NCBI GenBank assembly: GCA_038087875.1
Contig: CM075982.1
Span: 63,116,001 to 63,180,000 of the forward strand
Origin: Malacoraja senta
Lineage: Eukaryota
Direction: 5' to 3'
DNA length: 64,000 nucleotides
The translations under genes were made by a program, and so were the position numbers. Under the pieces are notes generated by a model, which worked only from the letters and a program-made list of their open reading frames with translations, did no database searches and was not told the DNA's origin. Below, piece by piece: positions 25,220-38,789 of the stretch (positions are counted from its first letter, which is position 1; each line of letters starts with the position of its first letter).

Positions 25220-25520
25220 TGCAGCAATTAGTGCTGCTTCTTTAGCTTCAACAAGCCTTGTGCAATCCTAACCTCAGGTGCTGTCTGTGTTGAGTTTGCA
25301 TTTTCCCCCCTGAGACTATGGGGGTTTCTTCATCGTGCTCTGGTTTCTTTCCACATCCCTAAGTGCAGGCTGGTCAGTTATTTGTATCTCTGTTACCTTT
25401 AGTGCAGGTAGGTATGTGCATAGAAAACTAGAGTGGCGATAATAGGTTCCAAGGGGATGGGATTGCTCTGAGAACTGGGATAGACGCAATGGGTCATCTG
25501 AACACCTTTCATGCTGAAAG
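25220..25520 (+). mobile_element. V-SINE, diverged
   Basis: atcctaacctcaggtgctgtctgtgttgagtttgcattttccccc...ccacatccc. Confidence 0.55.
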
Positions 25521-25807
25521 GAAAATGTGATGTGATGAATGTATTCAAGTGGATGCACACCCCATGTGTACAAATTGGCTGCAATTTTAATATATTGTCA
25601 CACTTTAACATTGGGTGTAAAGCAGTTTTAAGTGGCAATATCAATATCAATCAATATCAGTTTTATTCGTGAAGGTTGCAAATGCCCTGAGGTTACAAAT
25701 GCTATCTTTCTTATTTTTGTTGATTAATTTATGATCGCACATTGTGATATACATCGCCCAGCACGTGTATGATTTGAACTAATCACCTCTTCTCTATGAA
25801 TTTCTAG

Positions 25808-25851
25808 GTTTGATTGGTTTTGCGCGTTTATGCCCAGGTGATCATTATGAG
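25808..25851 (+). CDS. RIPOR3: RIPOR3 coding exon 8 (GLIGFARLCPGDHYE)
   Basis: tttctag acceptor, GTGCGT donor; family signature ARLCPGD. Confidence 0.94.
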
Positions 25852-26604
25852 GTGCGTTCATATATCATCAAACTTTCATCACTTTCTTGCCATGATATTA
25901 CTCAAATAGCTTATTCCAAGGTGGCAATGGTTGAAAGTAAAACACCAGAAAAAATGACACAGTGCTCTTTTGTCCAAAGTATTTTCTTTTGTTGAAATTT
26001 AACTTGAGGCAATAGGTTTCTTATTATTACAATGATTTTTTCCATTAATTTGCTGCTATATACTCCACTCCTGGTGTGAGATTCCACTAAAGTCAGCTTA
26101 TCGATGAAATAGTACAATGACCAATCATTACTGTACCATCTCTTTAACACCAGTGTCTGAGAAAGAATATGTCTCTCTTTTCTTTAGCAAGAAACGGTAG
26201 TGTATTGGGTAGGTTGGTTTCTTTGTTTAGTTTGGTTGACATCTATGGTGTGTAACAAATAATATTACCCAAGTGAACAGATTTTGTGAAATAAATAGAT
26301 AACTCATAAATGAAATGGAACCCATACTGGGTGCTCCATGAGGTAACCATTATATATATATTACATGATCCTGTATAACCAAATAGGGAGCTGGATATTC
26401 ACTCAATATTTACTCAATTACAGAGCTATACAATGCTGTAAATACTTCACACTAACTTTCCCCTTTTTAAAGGGTGGTTATCCACCATATCTAACTCCTT
26501 CAAAACTAGCCCTTCTAATATCCACCAGAAAGAATAAAAGCATCGATCTTTCACGATCTCTTTTTGCTCTATAATTGTTGTAATCATATCCATTTCATAA
26601 TTTT

Positions 26605-26835
26605 CCTACAATTTACAGAAGCTAATTAACCTAAGTAAATAAGTTTATTGGCCAAGTATTCACATACAAGGAACTTGCCTTGGTGCCTACAAACCTGTAC
26701 GTCTTTGGAGTGTGGAAGGAAACTGGAATACTTGGATAAAACCCACACGGTCACAAGGAGAACACACAAGCTCCGTACAGAGAGCACCCGTAGTTAGGAT
26801 TGAACCCGGGTTTCTGGTGCTGTAAGACAGTTGCC
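26605..26835 (-). mobile_element. V-SINE with a 52-bp insertion at 26634-26685
   Basis: cctacaaacctgtacgtctttggagtgtgg...gattgaacccggg; the insert is flanked by ccta/ccta. Confidence 0.7.
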
Positions 26836-27229
26836 CCATTTAACAACAACTTTTTTCCCTCTTAAATCCCCTCTAAAACACCCATTAATAGGTCTGACCA
26901 ATTGGCCGTTGCTATTTTTACCTTTGTTATATTTTCCAGCAACTTGGATGTATTTCAACTGAACCTGCTATCCAGCACAAATTCAGTATTATTTTTTTGT
27001 TTGTCTCCCCTACCGATAGCCATCCTGACCAAAACCTCTTGATCTTCTTTCACTTTCATACCATCACTTTCATTTGTGAAGACAGATGCAAAGTACACAG
27101 TTAACCATTTTACCCATGTCCTTTGGATTATACAAAGATTTATCATTGGATCTTTATATATGACATAAAAAGTGTTTTTTTTTTGTTGTATTTTGTATAA
27201 TAAGGACTGAGTGTGTTACAAAATATGTT

Positions 27230-27945
27230 CGTAAGTCATAGGAGCAGAATTAGGCCATTCGGCTCAAAGAGTTTTGCCATTTAATCGTGGTTGATCTATC
27301 TTTCCCTCTCAACCCCATTCTCCTGCCTTCTCCCTGTAACCTTTGACACCCTTTCTAATCAAGTACCTGTCAGTCTCCACTTTAAAAATATCCATTGACG
27401 GCCTCCACAGCTGTCTGTAGCAATAAATTCCACAGATTCACCACCCTCTGGCTAAGAAATTCCTTATCATCGCTTTTCTAAAGGTACATTCTTTATTCTG
27501 AGGCTGTGCCCTCTGGTCCGAGACTCTTCCACAAGTGGAACAACATCCTCTCTACATCCACTCTATCCACGCCCTTCATTATACGGTAGGCTTCTATTTA
27601 GGTAGGTCTGGAGAAGGGTCTCGACCCGAAACGTCACCCATTCCTTCTTTCCAGAGATGCTGCCTGTCCTGCTGAGTTACTCCAGCTTTTTGTGTCTATC
27701 TAAGGTTTCTGTGAGATCTCTGCTCATCGTTTTAAACTCCAGTGTGTATAGGCCAAGAACTGTCAAACACTCATCATTCTTTAACCCAATCATCTCTGGG
27801 ATCAATCCCATAAATGTCCTCTGATCCCTCTCTAACGCATCACATCCCTCCTCAGTTATGGGGCCCAAAACTGCCCACAATACTCCAAATGTGATCTAAA
27901 TAGTGCCTTATAAAGCTTCAGCATTACATCCTTGCTTTTATATTC
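27230..27945 (-). mobile_element. CR1 LINE 3' fragment interrupted by a hammerhead module
   Basis: gtcataggagcagaattaggccattcgg tail; aattccacagattcaccaccctctgg; cccaaaactgcccacaatactcca. Confidence 0.8.
27605..27701 (+). mobile_element. Penelope-derived hammerhead module (CTGGAGA variant)
   Basis: ggtctggagaagggtctcgacccgaaacgtcaccc, inserted in a CR1. Confidence 0.8.
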
Positions 27946-29014
27946 ATTTTTTTAAATGAACCAAGGAGACATACAAAACAGGCTATTGATCACTTCATTT
28001 CCTGAAATGAATTAAAATATATATGTAGATATATGTTTACATTTTGTTGGAAAATACACAAGTGTATTTATTCCAAAATGTTCTGGTGATGGATTCATCT
28101 GAACTCTGTTTGTACACCACACTATTCCTTTGTGTCTTATTTGACATTTTCCTAAGAAAATACAATTGCTAGATTACTATTCAAACAATCTGCTCTTCAA
28201 TTGCACCATTATTTATAGAGCAGCACTGAGAATAACTTAATTTATCTTCATAGCAATTGGTATTTCTGATGGATCAGTCATATAAAATGATTCAGAACAG
28301 AAATGCATTGTTGCAAATACCTGAATGAATTATTTTCCAAATGACTGAATATAAATTAAGGGTAATGGCATTCCATTAAATCAAAATTATCCATGATTAT
28401 TGCAGATAGATTCAATTCTTAATTAAATCAAGCCATCTTAGAGTTTCTGCATAGCAACAACTGAAAAGAAACATTGTTCATGTGGGAGTAGCAGGAATTA
28501 AGTGGGATGAAAACTCGGTAGGGTGGAGACAGTGGAAAGTATCCCCATTTAGTGAGATTCTGAAGGGAGTGATTTGCACTGACAGAATCGTGCATCGTGT
28601 TATCATTTTAGTAGGCTGTTTATGGTTGCTATGGTGAACAAGAAGTTAATAATTAACCTTCTGTCTCCAGTGCAGCAAGGTTAATTCATGAGCATATAAT
28701 TACTTGACCATATTTAGGATGTAGGCCATCCTTTCTGAACAGCAACTTTTATGGATCTTTCATTAGCTGATGACATTATATGATGGAAAGGTCTTCCCTC
28801 AAAGCTTTAAAATATGATCTAGTGAGCTGAAATGTTATAAAGTTGTCCCATCAACCATAGAATACAATTTGAAGATCAGTGCAATTTTACTAGATGTTAT
28901 ACAATGGTACTCCCAGAGCACTAAGCTTGATTTAATATGTAGCTGATGTACCTTCAAACGCTAGCAGATTCTTACTGCATATCAGCATGCTCTTAAAATC
29001 ATTTTGCAGGATTA

Positions 29015-29590
29015 ACCAGACCATAGAATACAAGAGCAGGAAATGTTATGACTTACCTTTATAAAACATTGGTTAGGCCATAGCTGGAGTTTTGTCTTGC
29101 CACAGTTCAGATTGCCATACAATAAAATAATATGATGGCATTTGGGAAGGTGCAGAGGGGATTCACCAGGATTTTTCCTGAATGGAGCTTTTCATTTAAG
29201 TGGAGCAGCAATGCTGGTTTTGTTTCCTTGGCGCAGCGGAGGGTGCGATGGGACCAGAAAGAGATGTGCAAAATTATGAAGAATGGTTAGAAGCAAACGT
29301 TTCTGAAAGTGGACGTGTCAAAACCAGAGGGCATATATATACTGTAAGGGGTAAAAAGTTTGGAAACGATCTGAAGATAAATAATTTTCACCCAGAAGGT
29401 GTATGGTGTCTGAAGGGATGATGACTGGAACTCTCACATCATTTAAAAATGTAGAAAACACTTGAACTACCAAGGCATAGAAAGATACAGTGCAAGTGTT
29501 TGTACAGAAAATGCGTTTAGTATGTATGGCTGCTTGGTGATTGCATGGACATGATGGACTGAAAGGCCTGTTTCAACTCCATGATACTGA
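29015..29590 (+). mobile_element. Decayed CR1 3' fragment
   Basis: aaaacattggttaggcc..ctggag, ggattcaccaggat, aaaaccagagggcat, gaaaggcctgttt. Confidence 0.65.
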
Positions 29591-29954
29591 GTCATTTGTG
29601 TCTGGTATCTAAACCCTATTCTAACAAAATTTGTCTTCATGTCAGAACAAGCAAGAAAAATGCAATATATCGTCTGCAACAGGAGATTTTTCTTGAAATC
29701 TGTAAATGTAGTCTTGGTGTGCAGATTCATCTCTTTCCGGAAGATATGCTAAGTTATCATCAACTGCATTAGGATGATCCACAATGGATTGAGATATTTT
29801 ATGCACAAATGATGAATAGTGGACTCTCCGAACTGCAAAAGTGGATACAAAGTTTAGATAGTCCACCACCTCACCACCTGTTCCATTAACTCTTATATTG
29901 GGAATGGTGCTTAAGTCTATGAACAGTCATCAGAAGCTGTAAATAGGCTCGCTG

Positions 29955-30270
29955 GTATTGGTTTAGTTTATTATTGTCATGTGTCCCAAAATACAGTGGA
30001 AAAACATTTGTTCACATGCAATCCAGTCAAATGATATGACGCAAGAGTGCAACCAAGCCATATACAAGTACAAAAGGTCATGCAGAGAGAAAATAAAACA
30101 AAGTGCAGAATATAGAATTACAACCATAGAGAAAGTGCAGATAAAAAAAAGTCCAAGAACCGCAATGAGGTAGGTTGGGAGATTGGGACTTCACCCTTAT
30201 CTTAAGGGAAGTCCATTCAGTAGTCTGATAACTATGGAGACAAATCTGTTACTGAATCTAGCGCTACGTG
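29955..30270 (-). mobile_element. Rex1/Babar-like 3' UTR fragment
   Basis: tttattattgtcatgtgtcccaaaatacagtgg...ccattcagtagtctgataac. Confidence 0.6.
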
Positions 30271-32242
30271 AAGTCAAATAAAATTACATTCAGCTACAAA
30301 ATTAACTGTTGTAATACTCAGAAAGTGAACAAAGGTTCTAAATGATAGTCACATATTGAAAACATACAGCAGATAACTCTGATAACCAGTTCCAGGAACC
30401 AAGCACCAAGTATCTTCCTCCACTTGCTTCAGCACCAAGCTCAGGCAGTACTCAAATCATCACACTTCTATCAAAAACTTTTCTCACATCTAAAATTCAC
30501 AGGCTCCTCTTTGCCATCTCAAGCTTAGATTGCTGCAAACCTTACGCTGTATATTACACCTGACATGCTGCTACCAGCTATTTAACAGTGACAAGCTGAT
30601 ATCTGTTTGTAACTGGCATACTATTCTCCTTACAAAATAAAATGGGACACAATGACAGCTAGAAAAGGTGGCAAGGCAGAGCACTTTCTCATTATAATTT
30701 CTCTTGATCATTGCCATTATTACAGCAGTCATCACTGAATCCTTGGCCTATGATGGGGATGAAAGGGAAAACACTGTTATTTTCATAACTAATCCTCTTT
30801 GTCATTATCCCACCTCTCTCCATCACACAAATTCTTCTGATTAACACACTGCAGATGGCATAATCATTCAACAAATTCCTTAATTCCACCTCTAACCCCC
30901 CCCCCCCCCACTCCTCCCCCTTCCTGTCCTTCAGCTCACCACCCTTTATCACAACTCTGTTTGGGAGCTTCTACCTAAAGATAAATAAAAACTGCAACTT
31001 GTTCGGGCAAAAATCATTCAGATATAAGGAAAGTTTACACTTCCCTGATGGATAACACTTTTAGCAATTTCTGAACAAGGGGACGTTGGCTGTTGTTTCA
31101 ACTGCAGTTGCTCAGTTTCTTTGCAACCTCAAGCTTAATTATTTTGGATTTCAACCAGTGTGTGGTCTTTTGAGTGATTTAAATAATGCTGCCTCTTGTG
31201 AACCATATGCTGTGATCATGGATCTTTTTGTGGTGGTCATTCAAATGTGTGCATATCATGTACAGTTAGTAGCTTCTTATATAGTTATCACATTTATTCA
31301 GAATGTTATACCCTGCTTATAATAATGTAGATTTGACTTTACCCTGCATGTAGATGTTATCCTGCATCTACATTCATGCTGTTTTTCTTGGTATAGTCAT
31401 AATTGCATAGATATTGCTCATCAATCTGATGGAGTGTAACTACAAGATGTACACACTAAGGTTGAGCAAAAATAGCTCCTGGTATTCCCATTTAGTTTCC
31501 ATGATTTGCTTTCAGCACAAAAGTTTGCATAACCTTAAATATTTTCATAAATCTCTCCATTTTAGCTTTGAGACGCAGGCAGCAAGGTGTGATTTTGCAG
31601 TGTGTGAAAGCTAAGTAGGTTGCAGGCTTCCTGAACTTACTAATATTTGCAGAGCACAAAATGAAGATGTGGTCAAACTTTGGGATGATCGCTTTCAGGG
31701 ATGTAAAACTGATCATTTCTGCAACTGGGAATCTCCTTTCAATGAAAGTCTATTTACTTTTTGTGTGCACTTTGTCGCTCAGTTCTAATTTAAGATAATG
31801 TAAAATAAATTTGTCTTTCATTTCTTTCTGCTGATATGCCACTTTGTTGGGTTACAAAACCACAGGTGCTAGGCATGCCCCAATACCTCATCGGACTGTC
31901 AGTTTTTGAAGCATGATATTAAACTGATACAAATAATGGTAAATAATTGTCAGGGAGATGGACTGGTTCAATTACTGCTGATTTACCCAAATGCACCAAA
32001 GCTAATTGCATGATATCTGTCAGTTTCTGAATTGATATTAGATAATTTGATGCAGATTAGAAAAACAGACATGACTTTCCTGAGCTGAACCACAAAACCA
32101 CATGCGAGATGATTTGGCTGAGCTATGGAGGAGGCACTTGTGCCATTTAAAAACCTGTTAATTCTAGTATTTTTCTATTCAAATCTATTTAAAGCTTCAT
32201 TCAACAGGCTGTATAAATCCATTATTATACATCTAGTGATGT

Positions 32243-32402
32243 ATAATAGGTGCAGGAGTAGGCCATTCGGCCCTTCGAGCCAGCACCGCCATTCAATGTG
32301 ATTATGGCTGATCATCCACAATCAGTACCACGTTCTTGCCTTCTCCCCATACCCCTTGATTCCGCTGGCCCTAAGAGCTCTATCTAACTCTCTTTTGAAT
32401 GC
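32243..32402 (-). mobile_element. CR1 3' end, little diverged
   Basis: ataggtgcaggagtaggccattcggcccttcgagccagcaccgcc, nearly identical to the 17302 copy. Confidence 0.85.
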
Positions 32403-32499
32403 TAATAATCAAACCTTTTGTTGTGTTTTTACGGGAAGATACTGTGGCTCCTTGTAAGACCAATTTCTAAAAACAGAATCACATCTTGATTTTATGTAG

Positions 32500-32625
32500 G
32501 TATTGATTAGGTATGGTCGACAGAGATGGAAATTAAAAGGAAAAATTGATGCTGATGACAGACAAACATGGGATGAAGAAGAGATGGTCTTCCTTCCTCA
32601 CATTAATGAAGATATTGAAATAAAG
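32500..32625 (+). CDS. RIPOR3: RIPOR3 coding exon 9 ([28 protein letters not shown]...EIK)
   Basis: tatgtag acceptor, GTACTT donor; GRQRWKLKG signature. Confidence 0.94.
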
Positions 32626-32754
32626 GTACTTAATTTATTTTGTATACCATTAAAGTATGCTAGCATTACTAACTTCAAGCTTAAGTAAAGCACATTTGAG
32701 CAGGTGATAGAGCTCCCCCTTTAATTCCTAAATTGTCTAAAATGTTGTCGAAGG

Positions 32755-33400
32755 GTCATACGGCACGGACACAAGTCACTCAGCCTAATTCATTCATGCC
32801 GACCAAGATGCCCCATCTAAACCAATCCCATTTTCCACATTTGGCCCATATCCCTCTGATGCTTTCCCATCTATGTGCCAGTCCAAATGCTTTTTAAATG
32901 TTGTTATTAAACCGGCCTCAACTAATTCCTCTGGCAGCTTGTTCCATTTACCCGTCACCCTCTGTATGAAAAAGTGGTTCCTCGCGTTCCTATGACATTT
33001 TCCCCTCTCACCTTAAACCACTGCCGCCTTGTTGTTGAATCCACTGCCATGAGAACAAGATTATGTGCATTCACCCTATATTTTCCCATTAGGCCCTCAA
33101 GTCTTGGCATAATCATCCCAGCTTAATGGCATCTTCCCTCTCGCACAGTGACCAACACTAAACACAATACTCCAGGTGCTGTCTCACCAACATCTTGTAC
33201 AACTGTAACATAATGTCATGACTTACTCATTTCCCTGACTGATGAAAGCCAGCAAACCAAAAACCTTGTTCTATGTACTTGTACCCTTAGATCCCTCCAC
33301 TTTACAACACTCCCAGGGCCTTAATGTTCACAGTGAAGGTCCTGTCCTGGTTTGACTTCCCAAAATGCAACACCTCACACTTATCTGAATTAAACTCCAT
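32755..33400 (-). mobile_element. Decayed CR1 3' fragment
   Basis: acacaatactccaggtgctgtctcacc; cccaaaatgcaacacctcacacttatc. Confidence 0.7.
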
Positions 33401-34379
33401 TATCTGAATTAAACTCGAATGAGTCAGATGAGTTCTCCCCATTATCTATTTGGAGATTTACTTTTATTTCACCTCTCAAGTCTATAACGTCTTGGAGGCC
33501 AATTCTTAGCATGCTGAGTGACTGATCAAGTACAGTCTACTTGAACCTTAAACCTTCCAAAGATCCCTCTGAGGAGGAAAAATAACCTGGAACTGGATTT
33601 GCATCCCATTAGTTTACTACTTAAATCAAATGTATAAAATAGTATATGTTAACTTTATTGATTTGCTTTTTTCAGATTTTCTGCACATGGTTAGGATTGT
33701 TCTCTCTCAAACAAATAATTAGCAATCAGCTAACTGTTTGGCTTTCCAGGAATTCCAAATGTCAATAAGATTTAGAACACCTCACCAAATTATTTCTCAA
33801 ACAGTTCACTATGAGTATCAGCCATAAGTAGGTCCCAGTAAATTAGTAACCCAATTAGTAGTACAATGTGTTGAACCTATGGTCAGTGTTAAACTCCCAC
33901 ATGTGCTCCTCCCAATGGAAACATGCAGGGTATAGCTGGTCAGATCCTCTGTAATAAAACCCTCTACGACTACGTCATGGAACATAAATATAACTGCGGA
34001 AGAATGTCTCAGAAACATTCAAAGTCAATCAAATCTCTCAGGAACTATTGAAAGGATTAAAATAAATAAAAATGTAAAAGCAAAAATACAAGCACAATTT
34101 AAAACACATTAAAACTAAAAAACGTTAAAAAAACACTTTAAAAATCTTAATGAACAAATACGGACAAAGCCCCACAAAGCCCTTCCATTTAAATCAATAG
34201 CAAAATATTCCCTGTGTGTTCCCCAATTTGTGCAGAATCTTTGGGAGGTCCTTCCTGTAAGCGGCAGGGAATCTTCATAACTTTCCACTAGCTGACTGAT
34301 CTCCATCTCTGGAATGTAGTGGGAAACCACTGGCAATTAATTCTGGATTTCTGTGATTGTATGATCATGTGGAAATTCT

Positions 34380-34818
34380 GAATTTCGTGGCGGTCGAAGC
34401 TGCTGTGGCTTGGAGTTCCCGAAGTCGGGCTCTAACCAGAGACCACGAGCTCTGTGATGTTAAAGTCCGCAGGCTCCCACGGTTGGAGCCCCAAAGTCAA
34501 TCCCCGACAGGGATCGCGAGCTCCGGGATGTTAAGTCCGCAGGCTCCCGAGGTGGAGCTCTCGCAGTCAGTCTCCAGCAAAGGTCGCCAACTCCTCGATG
34601 TTAGGCCACAGTGTGGATGGAGATACGATACGGAAAAAAATCGCATCTCCGTCTATGGCCTACATCCTAAATATGGTCAACTAATTAGAAAAAGTTTCCC
34701 CCAACTCCCCCCCCCCCCCCACTAAAAACATACATTTAACACATACAAACAAACAACAAAGAAGGAAGGGACAGACAGGCTGTTTGCGAGGCAGCCATTG
34801 CTGGCGCTACCCAGTGGA
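34380..34818 (-). mobile_element. GC-rich non-autonomous retroposon, 5' part
   Basis: ggagatacgatacggaaaa..atcgcatctcc is the reverse complement of 53517-53548; internal gatgttaagtccgcaggctccc duplication. Confidence 0.6.
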
Positions 34819-34856
34819 TTCTACATGGATGTTTGATGCAATGACCTAATCTTAGC

Positions 34857-35290
34857 AGAAACAAGGAACTGCAGTTGCTGGTTTACAAAGGAAGGCACAA
34901 AGTGCTGGAGGAACACACAGAGTAAGGTCTGCCTGCATCTCGGGAGAATATGGATTAGTGACCTTTTGGGTTGCAACCCTTTTTCAGACTGCTTGTGGAG
35001 GGGAGAAAGAAGCTGGAAGAGAGGAGGGGCAGGACTAAGCCTGGCAGGTAATCGCCCAACACAGATGAGGAGTGTTTTTTGATAGGCAGATGGTTAGACG
35101 AAGGCCAGTGATGAAAAGACAGAAGGTGTGAGACAAAAGAATTGAAGAGTTGTGAATTGTGAAGCTAAAGAATGGAATTTAGGTGGAAAGCGGAGGGGAC
35201 GGGGAGAAATAGGTACAAGTTGAGGAGGGGTTAGTGGAGAAGGTGGTAAGAAGGGGAGGTAGGTTTATAGGTGGAAGAAGGCAGAGGGGG
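34857..35290 (-). mobile_element. Long Penelope-derived terminal fragment with a decayed hammerhead
   Basis: aaggaactgcagttgctggtt...gtgaccttttgggttgcaaccctttttcagact followed by a ~300-nt purine-rich extension. Confidence 0.6.
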
Positions 35291-35679
35291 AGGGTTATGT
35301 AATCTGAACACCTAGTTTTAATATATGGTTCTTTAAACATCCTTGATTAATTAATAATTGGCAACAGCATAAATGTTTTGATTCACATGTCGCATAGCTT
35401 TCTTGTAACCTCCGCCTTTTTTTAGGGTATTGCAGTGTTAAACCTGACATTAGGTTTTCCAAGTCGGTAAATGAATTGTCAAAGGGGCGACCCTATCATA
35501 TTGTAATGGAAAATAAGAATAAGGGTCACTAAAACATAGTAATAGGGAAGGAATTTGTTCATTATATCAGGGTAGACTACAATAAACCAAAAGGAACACA
35601 AAACAGTTATTGGAACATTTTCAGAAACAACATTGGGAAAAATATTAATAGGTACTTAGAACTGGTAGCGTTGATGAAT

Positions 35680-36990
35680 AAGATGTTGCATAGGTTTGTT
35701 AAAGACAAAATGTGTTTGGCCAGCCTGATTGAATTTTTTGATGAGGCAACGGAGAAGGTTTATGAAAGGAATGTAATCTGCATAGAAGATATTTTATATA
35801 CTAGTTGTACAAGGCTGGTTAATCCCATGGAATCAAAGGGTTGGTATGGTATGGATAGAAAATAGCTTTAAGCAGAAAACAGAGAAGTTTATAATGGAGA
35901 CACAAGAGACTGCAGATGCTGGAATCTACAGTGAAAATTAATCCGCTGAAGAAACTTAGTGGGTCGGGTAACATCTGTGGAGGGACATGGATAGATGATG
36001 TTTGAGGTTGGGTAACTTCTTCACAATGATATGGAGTTGTTTTGTAAGACCAGATGTGGTGGACAGTGATGTACCCCATTCATCAGTGTTGGAGCACTAT
36101 ATATATATATATATAGGCATGGTACATAGGATAACAGTTCTGAAATTGTAAATTACACAATGCTTGGGAAAATGGCAAAGAACGCGAACAGTATTAAATT
36201 AAAAATATATATCAATAGGCTGGCAGATTGGACAACTACGTAGCAGATGAAATTTAATAGTGAAATGTGAATTCATAAATTTTGGTGGAAAAAATGAGAG
36301 CCAATGTACATTTAATTGTCCAATCCTTAAGGGAATACAGAAACAAGGGGACCAGGTATAAACTTGAAAATCCCAAGCATGTTGACAGCAAAAAGCACAG
36401 GGACTCCTAGGCTTCATTAATTGAGGCAATGAGTATAAAAACAGAAATGTTATAATAATTATTATCAGGGATAGCTTTGTTAAAGGTAAATCATGTTTGA
36501 CTGGCCTGCCTAAACACTGGTTAGATTACAACAGCCTTTTTTCTTTCACGTCCTGTCACCACTCTTTTAGCAGAGTCTTGTGAAGAGATTCTTTAGGGGA
36601 TTCACAAGAATAACTGTATGGATGAGTGATTTCAGCTGCTGTTTAGATTGAAAAAGCTGGGGTTCTCCTCAGAGAAGAAGGTTGCGAGATGATTTGATAA
36701 AGATGATCAAGATTATGACTGAGTTAGATTGGGTAAATAGAGGAAAAATGTTCCCATCTATGACTAGCAGATGGTTCACAGCCAAGGACACAGATGTAAA
36801 ATATTGGGGAAAAGCTAAAAGGAGAGTGTGCGGAAACTGTGGGTGGTTATGAAATTCCCTATGATGGAAACGGAATTAATCAGGCCTTTTTGTGAGGAAA
36901 TTAGATTAGAAATTAACAAAACACAGAACAGGGGAATGGTACTGAAGTAGAAATTAGAAGACCAGATGGAACAAATAGCCTCCTTACATT
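35680..36990 (+). mobile_element. Heavily decayed CR1 with an inserted Penelope module (about 35897-36025, minus strand)
   Basis: HRFVKDKMCLASLIEFFDEAT resembles HGFxKGKSCLTNLxEFFEEVT; gcagatgaaatttaat; acactggttagattaca. Confidence 0.6.
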
Positions 36991-37499
36991 GATTCGATGG
37001 TTTGCCAAACTAATTTGAAACTGGTGATTTTACTGATTAATGATAAGATTGTAAGATAAACAATAATCCACCTTCGACGTGTGTGAAAATTATGAACAAT
37101 TAATATTTATATTCAAAAATGTATTCATTCTGTTTGAAAGTTAAAATATTACACATGTCTCTATATATCCAGGAATATGATTCTTTAAAATTATATTAGC
37201 ATCAATGATCCTCTCTATATCTCTAATCATTGTTTCCTCTTGGTTTTATTCCTTCTGATAATTTTTTATTAACTTGTTTTTCAGTAACCTCTCCACTTAA
37301 TGCCAGAAATGTTAACCTTGTTGCTAAATTAGACACAGTATACTTTGTTCTTAATATACATTTAGACAGTTATATTGAATGGTTAACAGCTTTTGTCAGA
37401 CTTAATAAGTAAGACAAAATCCTTGAGTATTGTAACCGTCTTTATGATTAATACAAATGAAGATATGAATCTTTGGGATTTTTTTTTTTTTTAACACAG

Positions 37500-37645
37500 G
37501 TAGCTGAAATGAAAGGGCTGATGACTGTTTTGGTTGGAACAGTGACTTGTGAAAGTGCAGATTTCTTCACAGCACAGCCTCAAATAATGATCGTGGATAT
37601 TACTGACCTGGGTACCATTAAACTCCAGCTGGAAGTCACATGGAA
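37500..37645 (+). CDS. RIPOR3: RIPOR3 coding exon 10 (VAEMKGL...[17 protein letters not shown])
   Basis: Poly-T tract plus acag acceptor, GTAAGG donor; [10 protein letters not shown] signature. Confidence 0.94.
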
Positions 37646-38224
37646 GTAAGGATTGATCTAATATTATTTAGTAAACCAAGTTACTGTTTAGATGCAAATT
37701 TGATCAACATTTACTTTAATCTCTTTATGGCTTTCCTACCTTACGGAATTAAATTTTATATTCCAACTTATGGAATTGTATTGTTTTAAAATATTGAACC
37801 AGCAGTTCCTTATATGATTGATTTACTGAAGATCTCTTTTCACCTGTAAAGGGGATATCATGACAAGGAAATGAGATGAATGCTGAAATATATACAACAT
37901 TACCACGTCAATGGTTGTGAGTCAAACAGGACAGGAGCAATTTATCCCGGTTTCATGATGTATTAGTAACTCACTTTCATTAATTTTACCAATGAAAATC
38001 CTGCTTGCAATTAAACTGTTTCATCAAATACTGACAAATATATTTGCAAACAGGTTTCCAGCCATGGTTTGAAATAAACACTCAACTGTATTGAAAGTCG
38101 AAACTGAAATTGTTCATGTAATGTTTTATCTACGCTGTGGGAAAATAAATTGACTAAAATCATGTATAAATATTTGTGTGTACGTGCACAGAGACATACC
38201 TATACGCACCCATGCATACTATGC

Positions 38225-38390
38225 AGAGTGGCACAGCTGGAAGAGCTACTGTCTGATGGTGCAAAGACCTGGATTCCATCCTGACCTCGGGTTCTGTCTG
38301 TGTGGAGCTTGCACTTTCTCCCTGTGACCCTGTGTGTTCCGGTTCCCTCTGTTTACTTTGGTTTCCTCTCACATGCCAAACATGGATAGA
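38225..38390 (+). mobile_element. V-SINE 5' part
   Basis: gtggcacagctggaagagctactg...ctggattccatcctgacctcgggttctgtctgtgtggagcttgcac. Confidence 0.65.
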
Positions 38391-38789
38391 TACTTTCTCG
38401 TTTACACAAATTAAGTAAAAAAACATATATGTAAAGTGGATTAACATATCTTTCGTGCAGTACTATAAACACATGTAAACAAATGTGAAAAATTAGCTAG
38501 GGTTTTGCATCATTCACATAAATTAATCATTTCATGCTTCATGACCCATAAATAAATACTCTAAAATATAAATGAACTTAGTATGTACACAATATTGAAT
38601 GACTTTTTAAAACTATAAACTGCATAATACAGGGTAAGTGGTTGGTAAGTTTGTGGATGACACAAAAACTGGTGGACGGTAAAGAGGGTTATCTACGATT
38701 ATGGCAAGATCAACAACTGGGCAAATGGGCCGAGAAACAGCAGATGGAGTTTAATTCAGATAGATCAAGGTGTTATTGGTATTATTTTT

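Noticed and set aside
33381-33416. Micro-duplications (ttatctgaattaaactc x2; others near 46, 46862 and 50016)
   Set aside because: Ordinary slippage events.
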